A stretch of 64,000 bases of DNA from Octopus sinensis (GCF_006345805.1 NC_043000.1:131564001-131628000); one strand, 5' to 3'; shown: positions 13,316 through 26,564, numbered from the stretch's first letter. Made by a program: numbers and translations. The notes: a model not told the origin generated them from the letters alone.

Positions 13316-13654
13316 ATGTCATAAGGTTCCGGTATCGATTCCGTTGAGTGATATCTTAGGCAAGTGTTATTTTCTATAGGTTTAGGTCGACCCCCAAGCT
13401 TGTAAGTAAATACTAGGTTGACGAAAACGGTGTAGATGGATTGTTCCTGTAATTCAAAGGGTCAGTCATGTTACACCACGTCACGTTTATTCCACCTGAA
13501 AAGTATATTGAGGACACGTGTGTAGTGGTATACACAGCCACTTATACGCTAATTGAGTGATCTTGCTCGTTTAAGTAGGTCGAGGCCGAAAATTTTGACC
13601 TCAATCCGGTCTTTTGTTTTTTGCTTTTTTTAAATCATTTATATCCGCGTTTAG

Positions 13655-13745
13655 TCCCACAGCATCGTACTTTGCGCTATAACCTCGGGCCAGCCAAAGT
13701 CTTGTGAGTGGATTTCGTAGACGGAAACTGAATAGCGGTTCATCG

Positions 13746-13827
<82 letters not shown>

Positions 13828-13935
13828 CGTGTGTGTGTGTTTGTGTGTGTGTGTGTGTCACAACCTCTTTGCAACCGATGTTGGTGTCTTTACATCCCCA
13901 TTACTCAGCCGTTCTGCACAAGAGATTAATAGTAT
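13655..13935 (+). mobile_element. SINE family A, partial and degenerate
   Basis: CTTGTGAGTGGATTTCGTAGACGGAAACTGAA, then (TG)n, then CAACCGATGTTGGTGT. Confidence 0.7.
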
Positions 13936-13936
13936 A

Positions 13937-14243
13937 TGTTTGTTGTCTGTTCCTTCTCAAGCCATGCCTGGCTCATAGGGCCGGTTTCCCGGTTTCCTTA
14001 GCGAATAGGTTCCCCCACCTGGACGGGACGCCGGTCCGTCGCAGGTGAGCTGCAAGATGCAGGAGGAAAGATGAGAGAAAGTTGTGACGAAAGAGTCAGC
14101 AGAAGTTCGCCATTACATTCTGTCGGAGCCACGTGGAGCTTAGGTGTTTTCGCTCAAAAACACACACATTGCCCGGTCTGAGATTCGAACACGCGATCCC
14201 ACGACCGCGAGTCCGCTGCTCTAACCTCTAGGCCACGTGCTTC
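13937..14243 (-). mobile_element. SINE family C, full length
   Basis: Reverse complement of 5705-6003. Confidence 0.85.
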
Positions 14244-14522
14244 CACAATAGAATATATAACAGGCTTTTAAAAAATACTGGGGACGATTCGTTCGACTAA
14301 AATTCTTCAAGGTTGTGCTCCAGCATGGCCACAGTCTAATGACTGAAACAAGTAAAAGCAGCATCTATTCTTTTAATCTTTTTAATAATCAGCAGATTTC
14401 TTCCAACCACCTGAAGAATTTCAAATTTTCACCAGATCGTTTTCAGATTGTCAACATTAATAGGTGCAGGAGTGGCTGTGTGGTAAGTAGCTTGTTTACC
14501 AACCACATGGTTCCGAGTTCAG

Positions 14523-14736
14523 TGAGGAATTACGTACATTATTTACATTTGACGGGTATTTGTCCTCATCTTGTTTGTTTTTAACACAGCGTTTCGGCTG
14601 ATATACCTTCCAGTCTTCATCAGGTGTCTTGGGAAAATTTTGAACCTGGGTTCTCATTCCTATGGTATTTTTCGATGTTGTTGTTGTTGTTGTTGTTGCT
14701 GTCATTATTATCATTATTATTATTATTATCATTATC

Positions 14737-14812
<76 letters not shown>

Positions 14813-14818
14813 TCACTT
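14523..14818 (-). mobile_element. Short element with (AAT)n 5' part and a hammerhead-like 3' part; abuts a family A SINE head (14462-14522)
   Basis: Minus strand reads GACAC-CTGATGA-AGACTGGAAGGTATATCAGCC-GAAAC-GCT-GTGTT. The downstream ~70 bp matches 47070-47140. Confidence 0.7.
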
Positions 14819-15283
14819 CTTAAATTAGTTGGACTTACGTAGCATTTACTAAAAGAAAGCAAATATGAACTTTTTCACTGTCTAGCTAGAGATAATGGGA
14901 ATGATGAATAAAAGGTTAAACTGATTCTATTTATTTGTGTTGTATATATATAGCATATTTACAAAATATACACACACAATGTATGTATAGAAAGTCAGGT
15001 GCGTTAATTTTGATCATATACAACTTTTTAATGTTTACATTGTCTTATAATTCTGCGACAAGTAATCACTAACGTCCAATTTTTTCTCATAAAAAAATTC
15101 GCTCTGTCCTATAATGATGATATTTAAGTTGACATTGACGAAATTGAAATGGACGACAATGGAATCGAGGCTGACGATGGGAAAACTGAGGCTGACGATA
15201 ATTAATTTGAGATTGACGTTACATTTGAAGCTGACAATAATGAATTATAGATTGACGTCGCATTACTTTCAGCAAAACTCATA

Positions 15284-15505
15284 TACTCTTTTACTCTTTT
15301 ACTTGTTTCAGTCATTTTGACTGCGGCCATGCTGGAGCACCGCCTTTAATCGAGCAACTCGACCCCGGGACTTATTCTTTTGTAAGCCCAGTACTTATTC
15401 TATCGGTCTCTAAGTAACCGCTAAGTAACGGGGACATAAACACACCAGCATCGGTTGTCAAGCAATGCTAGGGGGACAAACGCAGACACACAAACACACA
15501 CACGC

Positions 15506-15538
<33 letters not shown>

Positions 15539-15672
15539 TACGACGGGCTTCTTTCAGTTTCCGTCTACCAAATCCACTCACAAGGCTTTGGTCGGCCCGA
15601 GGTTATAGTAGAAGACACTTGCCCAAGGTGCCACGCAGTGGGACTTAACCCGGAACCATGTGGTTGGTAAGC
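15284..15672 (-). mobile_element. SINE family A, near full length
   Basis: TACTCTTTTACTTGTTTCAGTCATTT...CCATGTGGTTGGTAAGC. Confidence 0.9.
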
Positions 15673-16068
15673 CAAAATGCTTTTGAATAAAGAGAGTTTA
15701 ACACTGCATCTCTATAAGCTGGCCTAGCTTCAATCTTGTGTTGGGATTTCATCAGTAACTGCATACCATCTGACTTTCCATATTTAGATATAAAGGTTTG
15801 ACTGCGCAATGCATTATTACTTAAGCGAAAGATATAATAAAAGTACAATGAGAGGAGTGAAATAATGAAAAACAGATGTACAGAAGTAAAGTAAGAGGAA
15901 ATGGAAGAACATAAGCGAAAGGAAATATAAAGAAAATAAATAAATATATAACAGGGGAGAAGGAAAGATATAAAATTAGAGGAGGAGAGACAGAAGCAGA
16001 CCAAGTTGGGTATGAGTGAGCGAAAGCAGAGAGAAATTTGTTTTTAAGTGAGTGGTATTTATGAAGGA

Positions 16069-16301
16069 ACGGCGGCGAGTTGGCAGAAACGTTAGCACGC
16101 CGGGCGAAATGCTTAGCAGTATTTCGTCTGCCGCTACGTTCTGAGTTCAAATTCCGCCGAGGTCGACTTTGCCTTTTATCCTTTCGGGGTCGATTAAATA
16201 AGTACCAGTTAAGTACTTGGGTCGATATAATCGACTTAATCCGTTTGTCTGTCCTTGTTCGTCCCCTCTGTGTTTAGCCCCTTGTGGGTAGTAAAGAAAT
16301 A
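16069..16301 (+). mobile_element. SINE family B, full length with a 15-bp target-site duplication
   Basis: GGTATTTATGAAGGA at 16054-16068 and 16302-16316. tRNA-like head GGCGGCGAGTTGGCAGAA...GAGTTCAAATTCC. Confidence 0.9.
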
Positions 16302-17159
16302 GGTATTTATGAAGGAGGCTATTGTAATAGTGTTATGGTGGGTCTTCGTCGTTTGACGGTTAGGGCTCAGTTGTTTGATCAATTGAAAAACCTGCACCTG
16401 AATTAACAGGTAAGTAGCTGAACATTCCACAGGCACGTGTGTCCTTGACGTAATTCTAATGCAGAATCTGTAGCACAGTGAGTGTGACAAGGTTTTACCT
16501 CTTAATTACAGGTACAATCGTTCCGACAGACTCTCTATTGTTTACTGTATGCCTAATTTCCCTCACAAGGTATGGGCAATTCGAAACTATAAAAGTGACA
16601 TTTGACCAAGATGACATGCAGTGGAATCGAACACTTGGGACTCTGAAGCGAACTTCTTAATCATTTGGCCATATTGCGTTTACTGAGTATAGTATACGAT
16701 GTAAAAAGTCAATGAAAGGTAGATTTGTATTTGTGGGGAGATATGAAGTTGCAGTGTATGCAGCCTGTTGACTGGCTGAATTGCAAATTTATCTCTGGAA
16801 TTTATATGAAATTCTTCTATAATTTTTGAAATCCCCTTTATATTATATATTTATTTATCTCCACCCATATTCGGCGTTAGGGACTCTAATAGCTAGACGT
16901 TTTTTTATTCTTTTCAAGGTAAAACTATCGTATTTTCTCCCACGTTTTATTTCCCCCAAATCGCCAAAAGAACCAAAACTACTGAATATACGAATTTTGT
17001 CCGATAATTCGACTGAAATTTATTTGGTCATATTTTGCAGCACCCATTTTCACGGACTTAAACAATTTGAAATATAAAACTATATACACTAAGATACAAA
17101 ATCTGTTATATTTTTTAAAAGTGTGAGTTTTTTTCTTGTTCATTTTTTAGATATAACAG

Positions 17160-17745
17160 ATGTTGACCATGAGATTTTGAACGACAAACATATCGCAAAT
17201 GTTGACGAATTTAACCATCTAGGCACCAATGGATCGAGACTTCATTCATGAAATAAATATAGGAATCAGCAAAACCAACCAATCATTCGGTTTGTTAAAC
17301 TCAATATGGAAGTCATCAATACTCAGCTAGAGCACCAAAATACGATTTTACAAAAGCATCATACCTAGTATCGTTCTCTACGGATCCGAATCTTGGAAAA
17401 CAACCAAAAGTATTGAAAAGAAATTGGAGGTGTTTCAAAATAAATGTTTACGTAAAATTTTGAAAGTTGAATATGATCTCGAATAGCCAACTACACACCA
17501 AGGCTAAAGTGAAACAAATAAGAGAAACTATTGAGAGAAAGAGATGGAATTGGCTGGATCGAGTTTGTTGCTATAAACTGAACTCAATTCTCGGGATCGC
17601 TTTGCAATGGGTTCCACAAGGTAAAAGAAAACGTAGCCGACCAAAGGAAACGCGGCGGAAAATAATAACAAAAGATCTTAAAAGCAGAGGGTTAACAATG
17701 GAACGAGCTAGGTGCAATGAGAACCGATTGAATGAATGAATGAAT
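17160..17745 (+). mobile_element. RTE-clade LINE 3' fragment with (TGAA)n tail
   Basis: VDEFNHLG, SIVLYGSESWKTTKSIEKKLEVFQNKCLRKIL and RKRWNWL...ALQWVPQGKRKRSRPKET are RTE C-terminal motifs. Confidence 0.8.
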
Positions 17746-17959
17746 GGACATAAATGAACACACTCCCCACATCTTTTGTTTTCTGTTTCTTTCTTCCAAA
17801 GTCAGTGTGATTATTTCTATTTCCTTTATAATTTCTTTCCTTTCTTTTGTATCTTATCACTTCCTTTTCTCTCTCATCAACTTTCATTTTCTGTATGTCC
17901 TCATTATGTGTTTCGCGTATGTAATAATTTCTTGTTTACATGCCTTTTTTTCTTACTTT

Positions 17960-18170
17960 TCTACTTGCTTCCAGTACACGACTGCGGCCGTGCTAGGGCA
18001 CCACTTTGAAGGATTTAGTCGAACAAATTAACCCCAGAGCTTATTTTTTACAACCTGGTACTCATTCTGTCGATGTATTTTGCTGAACCGCTAAGTTAAG
18101 GAGGCTTAACAAACCAGTGTCGGTTGTCAAGTGGAGGTGGAGAACAACCACACATATAAAGATACATATA
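17960..18170 (-). mobile_element. SINE family A, 3' half
   Basis: GACTGCGGCCGTGCTAGGGCACC...GCTGAACCGCTAAGTT...CGGTTGTCAAG. Confidence 0.7.
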
Positions 18171-18198
18171 CATAGGTTTATACATACCTACATACACG

Positions 18199-18282
<84 letters not shown>

Positions 18283-18519
18283 CATCCTCTCTAATTCCCT
18301 TTTTCTCCTTCACCGTTTTCTATATATATATATATATCCCTTCTTTCTCTTTTTATCTCTTTCGTTGCTCATACGTGACCATCGTCCATCTTTCCTTTCC
18401 TCACGTTGCCATCTTTCTTTCAAGCACCGACTTTCTAAGGACTGGACGTTCCCTATCCCTCTCTTCTATCTTTTCTCTTTTCAAAGAAAATATTTCTCTC
18501 GGCGTTCACTATTTTCGCC

Positions 18520-18850
18520 TCGTTCAGGTCTAACGATACACAACGTTTGTTTTCGTTCGGTTTCCCTGTATGTCTCCACTGTCCTGTTTTTGTTCCAAAC
18601 TTTAACCCTCCATAAATCCAAAATTTTATTTTGGTATTTATGGGAGCAACTATCTTCGAAGACTCACATTGTCGTTGATTGCTCGAGATGGGGAGTAGAT
18701 AGACAGCCGACAACTGATGAATGCTCGTTCTCTGTATTCTTTGTATTACTTATCTTATTTTCCATTTTTCTCTCGTTACTTGCGTATTTAACTTATTTGT
18801 TTTCGTATTTCATGTTGTTTACTGTTGGTGACGTCCTGTACTCATATATG
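18520..18850 (+). repeat. Interspersed repeat family E (other copies 44800-45030 and 55510-55680, both minus)
   Basis: Shared ACAACTGATGAA...TTCT context in three copies; probably PLE-derived (inference). Confidence 0.4.
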
Positions 18851-18865
18851 CTGTATGCACATATC

Positions 18866-18919
<54 letters not shown>

Positions 18920-19060
18920 CATACATACATACATACATACATACATACATACATACATACATACATAGAGTTGTTTCCCTTTTAGTTGAAAATATGCAAA
19001 TAACCTCGGTCATTGTTTTCTACTGTTTAGCTACTGGAAACATGGTTGGCAATTGTTTTA

Positions 19061-19093
19061 CTGATGAAGGCTATTGAGTCGGAAACACGTGTC
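19061..19093 (+). ncRNA. Hammerhead ribozyme-like core (type I, PLE style); stem I appears decayed
   Basis: CTGATGA-A-GGC-TATTGA-GTC-G-GAAA-C-ACGT-G-TC: canonical core, palindromic stem III (ACACGTGT) and GUC cleavage triplet. Confidence 0.5.
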
Positions 19094-19526
19094 CACTACT
19101 GTCCTCTTATCTCCAGACTATATGCGCCTGACTCTTTCTTTTGAAATTATCTCCTCTTCTCAACTGGAGTTGATGGTTATGATACATCCTCTAGAGGCGC
19201 AGATAATTTTAATAAATCAAGAATTTAGGTTGTAAGGTATTTAACATGTGTGTGTGTGTGTGTATGTGTGTGCGCATGTGTTTGTGTATGTGCGTGTGTA
19301 TATGTGCGTGTGTGTATTTGCGTGTGTGTGTGTGCGTGTGTGCATGTGCGTGTGTGCATGAATGATTGTGCGTATGTACGTGTGTGCGTGCGTATGTGTA
19401 CAGAGAGAGAGAAAGAGAAGATAAAGGAGGAAAGGAGAGTAAAGGCTTTGGTGAAATATCTGAATAAATGGGAGGAAATTTAGTATTTGTTCTAAGTATA
19501 TATATATATATTTTTTTTTTGTATGT

Positions 19527-19830
19527 GGAGGCACATGGCCTAGTGGTTAGAACACCGGACTCGTGGTCGGAGGATCGCGTGTTCGAATCTCAGACCGGGC
19601 GATGTGTGTGTTTATGAGCGAAATATCTAAACTTCCACGCGGCTCCGGCAGAAGGTAATGGCGAACTTCTGCTGACTCTTTCGCCACAACTTTCTCTCAC
19701 TCTTTCCTCCTGCATATTGCAGCTCATCTGCGACGGAGCGGCGTCCCGTCCAGGTTGGGGAACCTACACGCCAAGGAAACCGGGAAACCGTCCCTTACGA
19801 GCCAGGCGTGGCTCGAGAAGGAACAAACAA
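19527..19830 (+). mobile_element. SINE family C, full length
   Basis: Colinear with 5705-6003. Confidence 0.85.
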
Positions 19831-20027
19831 AAACATATTTTTGTATAAAATTAAAAACCAAGTATTCACATGTAACAAAGTTAATAATTTCATTTGATAT
19901 ATTGTGATGTATGAGTGATGAAATATTGTTTTATAATTTCGTCTTCCGTTTGACATTTCAATTACAGGAAAATACATCAATATTATATAGGTTTATGTAA
20001 TTGTCATCAGAAAAGAGAGCTTAAACT

Positions 20028-20786
20028 ATGGCTTTACGTGACAATGGACTCACGTTCAGGGAAATACCAGCTCAGCCAGCTTATTTATTGGTTGCTGTTC
20101 AGAAAACTTTGGATTTCATACAGTTGTATACAAGTCAGTTAACAGATCACGCATGCCTCGTGCTGCAACTCTTACAATTTTTCCTATGATTCATCGTCAT
20201 GTGTTGCATCCGCATTCACATCTAGTAGCATCATACTAGTATAGTTATCAGCAACAATAAACTGCAGCACTAAGGCAATGAGAAAGATTTCAATCTAATT
20301 GCAATACGGGTAGCGAAAAACAGAATAACACAATTATAGGAAAACATCATGGAGTGGCCATTATGTTACAAGGATCGTAAAAATTGGACTAAAATCAGGG
20401 TTAGTGAGTAAACACCGATTAAGCACATTAGATGCAGCTGATGATCCTTTCGTTCGTAGCTCTTAAAACTCAAGACACAATCCCAGATATACATTCTCAA
20501 GAGTCAAGCAGTGTCAAACCATTGTTTTTGCGGGGTGGGGGGTTCATTTCAGCAAACGGAAAAATATGTATTTGGGTATTGATTTTAAGTACAACCACAA
20601 TCTCTAAAATCAACCAGGATACTGTGGAAAAGAAGTTGGCTTATAATCAGATGATCATCTTGATATAGCTCAATATTCAACAAAACGTATGAAAAAAAAA
20701 AGTATGGCTTAGCAATAATGAACTTATTCTACTTGGTATGTGTCTAAGATGATCCCCTTAGCTGAATTTTATAGAAAATACATAGG

Positions 20787-20835
<49 letters not shown>

Positions 20836-20912
20836 TATATATATATATACATACATATATACATATATACATACATACATACATTTCATACATACATACA
20901 TACATACATACA

Positions 20913-20948
<36 letters not shown>

Positions 20949-20980
20949 TATACACACACATACATATACATACATATATA

Positions 20981-21016
<36 letters not shown>

Positions 21017-21034
21017 TATGTGTGTGTGTGTGTA

Positions 21035-21095
<61 letters not shown>

Positions 21096-21560
21096 ATTAG
21101 GCTATAATATTTCAATGATTCCTGATTTAAAAGAGAAAATCTCGTTTCGCTATCTGAGTATCACACTTGATGTAAATACATCGCGGAAAGCAAATTTACT
21201 GAGATATTCGTCCGGAGATAATATTTCTTATGGATGCAATGTTTTGAAAAACACGATATATATCGGAGGCAGACGAGAAGCATCCTAGCAGCAGCTACAA
21301 AGAATGCTAGATGTTTTCCAGTCTTGTCGGACGTTGCCAATAGCATGAGCTCTCGGACAAAAGTATATATCTAGATGAAATGTATCACCAGCGATATAAA
21401 GAATCTGGTGTTACGAATAGTCACCCAGCTGAATTAAAATTCGTTTAATGCATACGTATGAATATAGGGGGTAATCCCACATCATTGGAAAATTTGGTTG
21501 AATTCATGCCGAACCGCATTGCAGCTGTATTCGAGGTAGCAGGGTATCTATCATATGACA
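20028..21560 (+). pseudogene. Heavily decayed Tc1-like transposase remnant, interrupted by microsatellite (20787-21093)
   Basis: N-terminal MALRDNGLTFREIPAQ...AVQKTL (HTH-like); SP*LNFIENT* near 20750 (compare SPDLNPIENLW); C-terminal SLENLVEFMPNRIAAV (compare LENLVESMPRRIAAV). Confidence 0.45.
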
Positions 21561-21801
21561 TATTGAGCAGTACAAGATTATTATTTGTACTTTCGTAAAC
21601 TGCTGTCGAGTTATCTATTAATTTTATAAAGAATACATTACTTATTTTTTCAGTCATGTCTTCAATCACAGCATAAAACCTATTATTTATCAATGTTTTA
21701 GGATTGGGGCTAGGAATATATATGCGTGTGTGTGTGTGTGTGTGTGTGCGTGCGTGCGTGTGTGTGCGTGTGTGTATACACACACACACATAAATATATG
21801 T

Positions 21802-21888
<87 letters not shown>

Positions 21889-22026
21889 ATATACATATAT
21901 ATATGTCCTGTACCCATATATGCATGTATATATACATGTAGAGGTAGGTACATACATATACGTATGTATATATGCATGTTTTATTTATTTATTAATTTAT
22001 ATATATATATATGTGTGTGTGTGTAA

Positions 22027-22057
<31 letters not shown>

Positions 22058-22239
22058 GAGAGAAAGGGAAAGAGAGAGAGAAATAAAGAGAGAGAGAGAG
22101 AAAGGGAAAGAGAGAGAGAAATAAAGAGAGAGAGAGAGAAAGAGACAGAGAGAGAAAGAGACAGAGAGAGAGAAAGAGAGAGGAGGGAGGAAGGCAACGC
22201 CTGGCGGTTGAAATGGTAGAAATCGAATTAGGGTTATCC

Positions 22240-22800
22240 TAGAATGTTTTCATCTGCAACGTGAAAATGGAAAACAATATTGAAACTTGAATGAGAAAAA
22301 TCTGCAAAACAACAAAAATAAAAATCGATCGATTCTGTATGGATCGGAGAGATAGATGATGTTGATCACTGTTAAAGAATGAAACTTTTGACTCTGGCCT
22401 GGAGCCAATTTCAAAATGAAATATCATGCCAAATAAATGAAGCTGTCTACTTTTTAATATAATTTAGATTTAGTCTGTTCTTATAATAATACTTCTCTTT
22501 TGTAATCATTGAACAAAAGTAAGGATTTTCACATTGACCCTAAACTTAAAAGTATATTGGTGCTTATAACTGACTCCTAATTAAAATTTCAAGAGAGGAA
22601 AATAGAATTCCAATACTAGCACTAGCTTGTTTTTCTTCTGTTCTAAAGAGAATCAGATTTGGATGCTTGACCCAAATATTAAAAAAGTAACTCGATGCTA
22701 ATTTGAAGACGAATGGCCAACTTAAATTGAGAACAACGGTCAAGCTACAACACAGAATTCTCTGCGCATTTAGAATAGATCGCATCAAAAATGTGCTAAA
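22240..22800 (+). pseudogene. Possible hAT transposase C-terminal (dimerisation region) remnant
   Basis: IP..S.S.C-FSSVLKRI..CLTQ-like stretch at ~22610-22680. Weak, with frameshifts. Confidence 0.3.
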
Positions 22801-23479
22801 ACTTATTTCGAAACTTTAAGCATTTGTTTTTAATCCTACAAGCAAAAGTTTTAAATCTTATGGCGTCCGTGACGGCAGCGGTGGAGCGGCGGCAGTAGCG
22901 GCGGCGGAAGGCTTTATGTTGTGTATGTATTATCATTATCAATTGTTGTCTTCGTGTGGCCCTAAGCCTTTATTCTGTGTATTGTTTTGTCCGACGTCCG
23001 TTCACTAACGGTCTCGTTTCTAGCCCGTTTTGTTTTGTTATGTTTAGGTCCGATTCTCGACAAGTTTCTCGTCAGTGCCACCAGAGTGGAAGCAATAGTA
23101 TCGATAATAGCCGAAATTGCGTTTGACCCCAGTGGCCGAATTTCTGGGTTTTCTGTTCGCCTGTGTATTTAGTGTAATTTCGTTTGTTTATTTACTACAC
23201 GTTTTTTAAATTTATATATATAGTTATGTCATATTTTCCGTTTGTTAATCTTGAAATATACACCATCACACCACATCATGCCACACAGCAACACACACCA
23301 CCACAATACACACCACCACAACACACACCACCACACCACAACACAACATATCACACATCACCACACCACACAACCACCCTACACCATCACACCACACCAC
23401 CAAACCACATCACACCACCCCGCACACACTAGCACTGACCACTTCCAAGTAACCCCACCGTCATCCACACACCTATACA

Positions 23480-23821
23480 TGCACCCACCCACGCGTCAAG
23501 GTCACCAGCCCCTATCCACACACACGCTCTCACATACACACGCACGCACACCTTCGTTTTGGGATCACCACTACTTTATTATTTCCTCTTCTTCCCAGCT
23601 CTCCTGTCTGACCACCTCTGTCTGGCCACTGCTATGACTGACCGCTAGTAACTAAAGCTTTCCTTTATATTCTCTGTTTATTTTCTCATATTCTTCTCGG
23701 TTGAAGAGCGTATGCTCGAAACGTAAAAGACTTTGTCACCTTCCCGTGCGTTAAACTAATACACCTGTTTGTCGTTTATGCACCTGTGTTCGTGTTTTGA
23801 TTTTTTTTTGTAAATTCCAAC

Positions 23822-23825
<4 letters not shown>
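23480..23825 (+). repeat. Family B' short PLE-type element with a hammerhead-like motif (copies 60443-60612 and 63595-63790, minus)
   Basis: GAAGAGCGTATGCTCGAAACGTAAAAGACTTT matches the minus strand at 60535-60565 (GAAGAGCGTAGGCTCGAAACGTTAAAGACTTT) and the downstream ~90 bp. Confidence 0.55.
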
Positions 23826-23852
<27 letters not shown>

Positions 23853-23915
23853 TGACTTAGTGCCTGCTGAGAAAAAACAACTTAACGTTCATTGTAAGTT
23901 TTACTTCCCCACCCT

Positions 23916-25161
23916 GGGTGGGGAAGCAAAACTTACAATGAACGTCAATTGTTTTGAAACCTAGCATATATTGAGGTCATAATCATACCTAACACTATTA
24001 TCCTTACCTTTTCAGAAACTTTTGCCCATATGAGTAATCAGGAAAGCGTGTGTGATTTGCTGAATGCACTCGTCACACCAAAGGAGACTTCATGAATAGT
24101 TGGCGTGTCCATAAATACTGTTTATAATGTAAAGAATAGAATGACTATGAGCAAAACTATTACGAGGAAGTCTGAAACTGGAGGAATCAGCAAAAAAACG
24201 TACCAAAGCTTTTATTAAAGTTCTCAAATCCAAAATCCTAAAGGATCCAACCAAATCCATGAGAAAAATGGCAATTGAACTTGAGGTAGACAACTAGACC
24301 ATTAGAAATGCAGTACAATATGATTTGAGATTAAAATCTTACACAAGAACACCAAGACACTTGTTGACAACAGCTATGAAGGAAAAGAGATTGGAAAGGT
24401 GCAAGAAAATTATTACATGGTTCAAGAAAAAGTCCTCCATTGTAACGATCTTTTCAGATGAAAAGATATTCACTGTCGATGCTGTTCTGAACCGCGGAAA
24501 TGACAGATTTATCGCAAAATCGACAGCTGAGGTTAAGGGGACATTCAAAACAAAACACCCTGCTCAAGTTATGGCTTTTTGTGTTGTAGTTTTCGATGGA
24601 AAGAAAATGCCTATAAAATTTTACAAAGCTGATGAAAAGATCAATGTTAATATTTACTACAAGACTCTGAGATACCAGGTATTGCCATGGCTTAAAGCAA
24701 ACTACCCAGATGGTAATTATGTATGGACACAGGATGGTGCTCCAGCCCACACAGTTAGAAAAATACAAGATTTCTGAAAATCCAACTTCAGCAATTTTTT
24801 GGAATCATATTTATGGCCGCCTTCTAGCCTAGATCTAAATCCTCTGGATTATGCTATTTGGGGTGTTTGGGAACATGTTACCAATAGAACATCACAAAGA
24901 AATGTCGACTCTCTTAAAGATACTATTAAAGAAGATTGGGAGAAGTTGTCTCTCGAATATTTGAGGAACACTTGTGCAAGTTTCAGGAAGTGTGTGAAGG
25001 CAGTTATTGAGAAAGAAGGAGGACACATAGAATAAAAACATTTTCTATTATGTAAATTTTCTTGTGGCAAATAAATTCTCATGACTTCAATAAAGAAATT
25101 GGTCATATACTGTCTTTCAATCCCTGCCTCAAAATATTGTAAATTTTGCTTCCCCACCCTG
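23916..25161 (+). mobile_element. Tc1/mariner superfamily DNA transposon, DD37D (maT) family
   Basis: ~26-bp TIRs (CAG)GGTGGGGAAGCAAAA(C/T)TTACAAT at 23916-23939 and 25136-25161; right end followed by TA; transposase inside. Confidence 0.92.
24030..25035 (+). pseudogene. DD37D transposase pseudogene (3 in-frame stops, 1 frameshift near 24195)
   Basis: FSDEKIF, WTQDGAPAHT and WPPSSLDLNPLDYAIW motifs; 37 residues counted between the 2nd and 3rd catalytic D. Confidence 0.9.
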
Positions 25162-25179
25162 TATATATATATATAATAT

Positions 25180-25213
<34 letters not shown>

Positions 25214-25859
25214 ATATATATATATATTGTTATCACCATATTAATATGGCAGTCTTATAGACATAAGACTAAAGCTGTCGCTGATTAGCTCCATGAGGCC
25301 ATCGCCTTAAGCTAGCTATTTGATACACAAACTGTATCCAATTAATTTCCAGTAACGCTGCCGTAATCTCTTTTAGAGAGACTTAGTAATTTTAATATTT
25401 CTATTATATATATATATATAAATATTTAGTTAAATATATTCAATGAGAATATTATATACGGAATTTATATTGAGTGCTGTATTGTATCAAAGTATTAATA
25501 CTATTGAAGTATTTATATATTTAATACGAGCGATTATATATATATATATATATTTATAATATACTATTATTTATATCAGGAAATCAACATGAGAAAATTC
25601 TTCAGAAAGATATATACATGTGTAAAATAATTGTTGTATTAAAAATATAAATATGTATAAAAATATATGAAAGTATGTATAAGTATAAATATATAATGTA
25701 TATGACAGTTTAAAAGTTTTGAATTAAGTATTTAAAGCATCTTACGATCGTTTCACGCGTATATATCTTTCTGAAGAATTTTCTAATATTGATTTCTTGA
25801 TATTAATAATAATATATTATAATATATATATATGTTTATATATATGTAAAGATATTCAT

Positions 25860-25903
<44 letters not shown>

Positions 25904-26466
25904 CATACAGACATACACTTACACACACATACGCACGCGCATACACATGTATACAGATATACACACATATATGTAGTCAGATATATATAAATACATGTAA
26001 GTTTACCGCGATATATTATACGACCGGATACCGTACTAGCTCTGTTATGTTCCAGGTTACGCCTAACCGCATTCTGAATCACTATAATTATTGCAATATA
26101 GATATAGACATACATACATCAATTACCAGATAATACTCAATCACATACTTTATTAAACCACCGTGGTAAATCATTTTACCTTTGCCCATATAATACAGTA
26201 AATGAATTGATTGCATCGCAATCCTTAACATTTATGTATTAACTTTGTTGGGTACTTCACTAGCAGTATATTGGATATATGTTATCCCATGGAGGGTTGC
26301 ATTTACAACCCCTATCTCAATTTGTAAATATATGTGGGATATTAATTATATTTTTTAATTTTGTTACATATTTAAATAATATAAATTAATCATATGTTTT
26401 GGCTTAAGTCTTTCATTGTTTGATTTGCCTAATAGTGGTTTTGTCTCTAATTTAATATAATATATA

Positions 26467-26498
<32 letters not shown>

Positions 26499-26530
26499 GT
26501 TTATATATATGTAAAGATATTCATATATAT

Positions 26531-26564
<34 letters not shown>

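Noticed and set aside
15114-15270. Acidic repeat frame (DIDEIEMDDNGIEADDGKTEADDN)
   Set aside because: Three in-frame stops, no splice context; looks like a decayed short tandem repeat.
15760-15812. Possible 53-bp minus-strand exon (NNALRSQTFISKYGKSD) between TTAAG| and G|GTATGC
   Set aside because: Splice-like signals are plausible, but there is no recognisable homology or linkable neighbour exon; such signals are common in AT-rich DNA.
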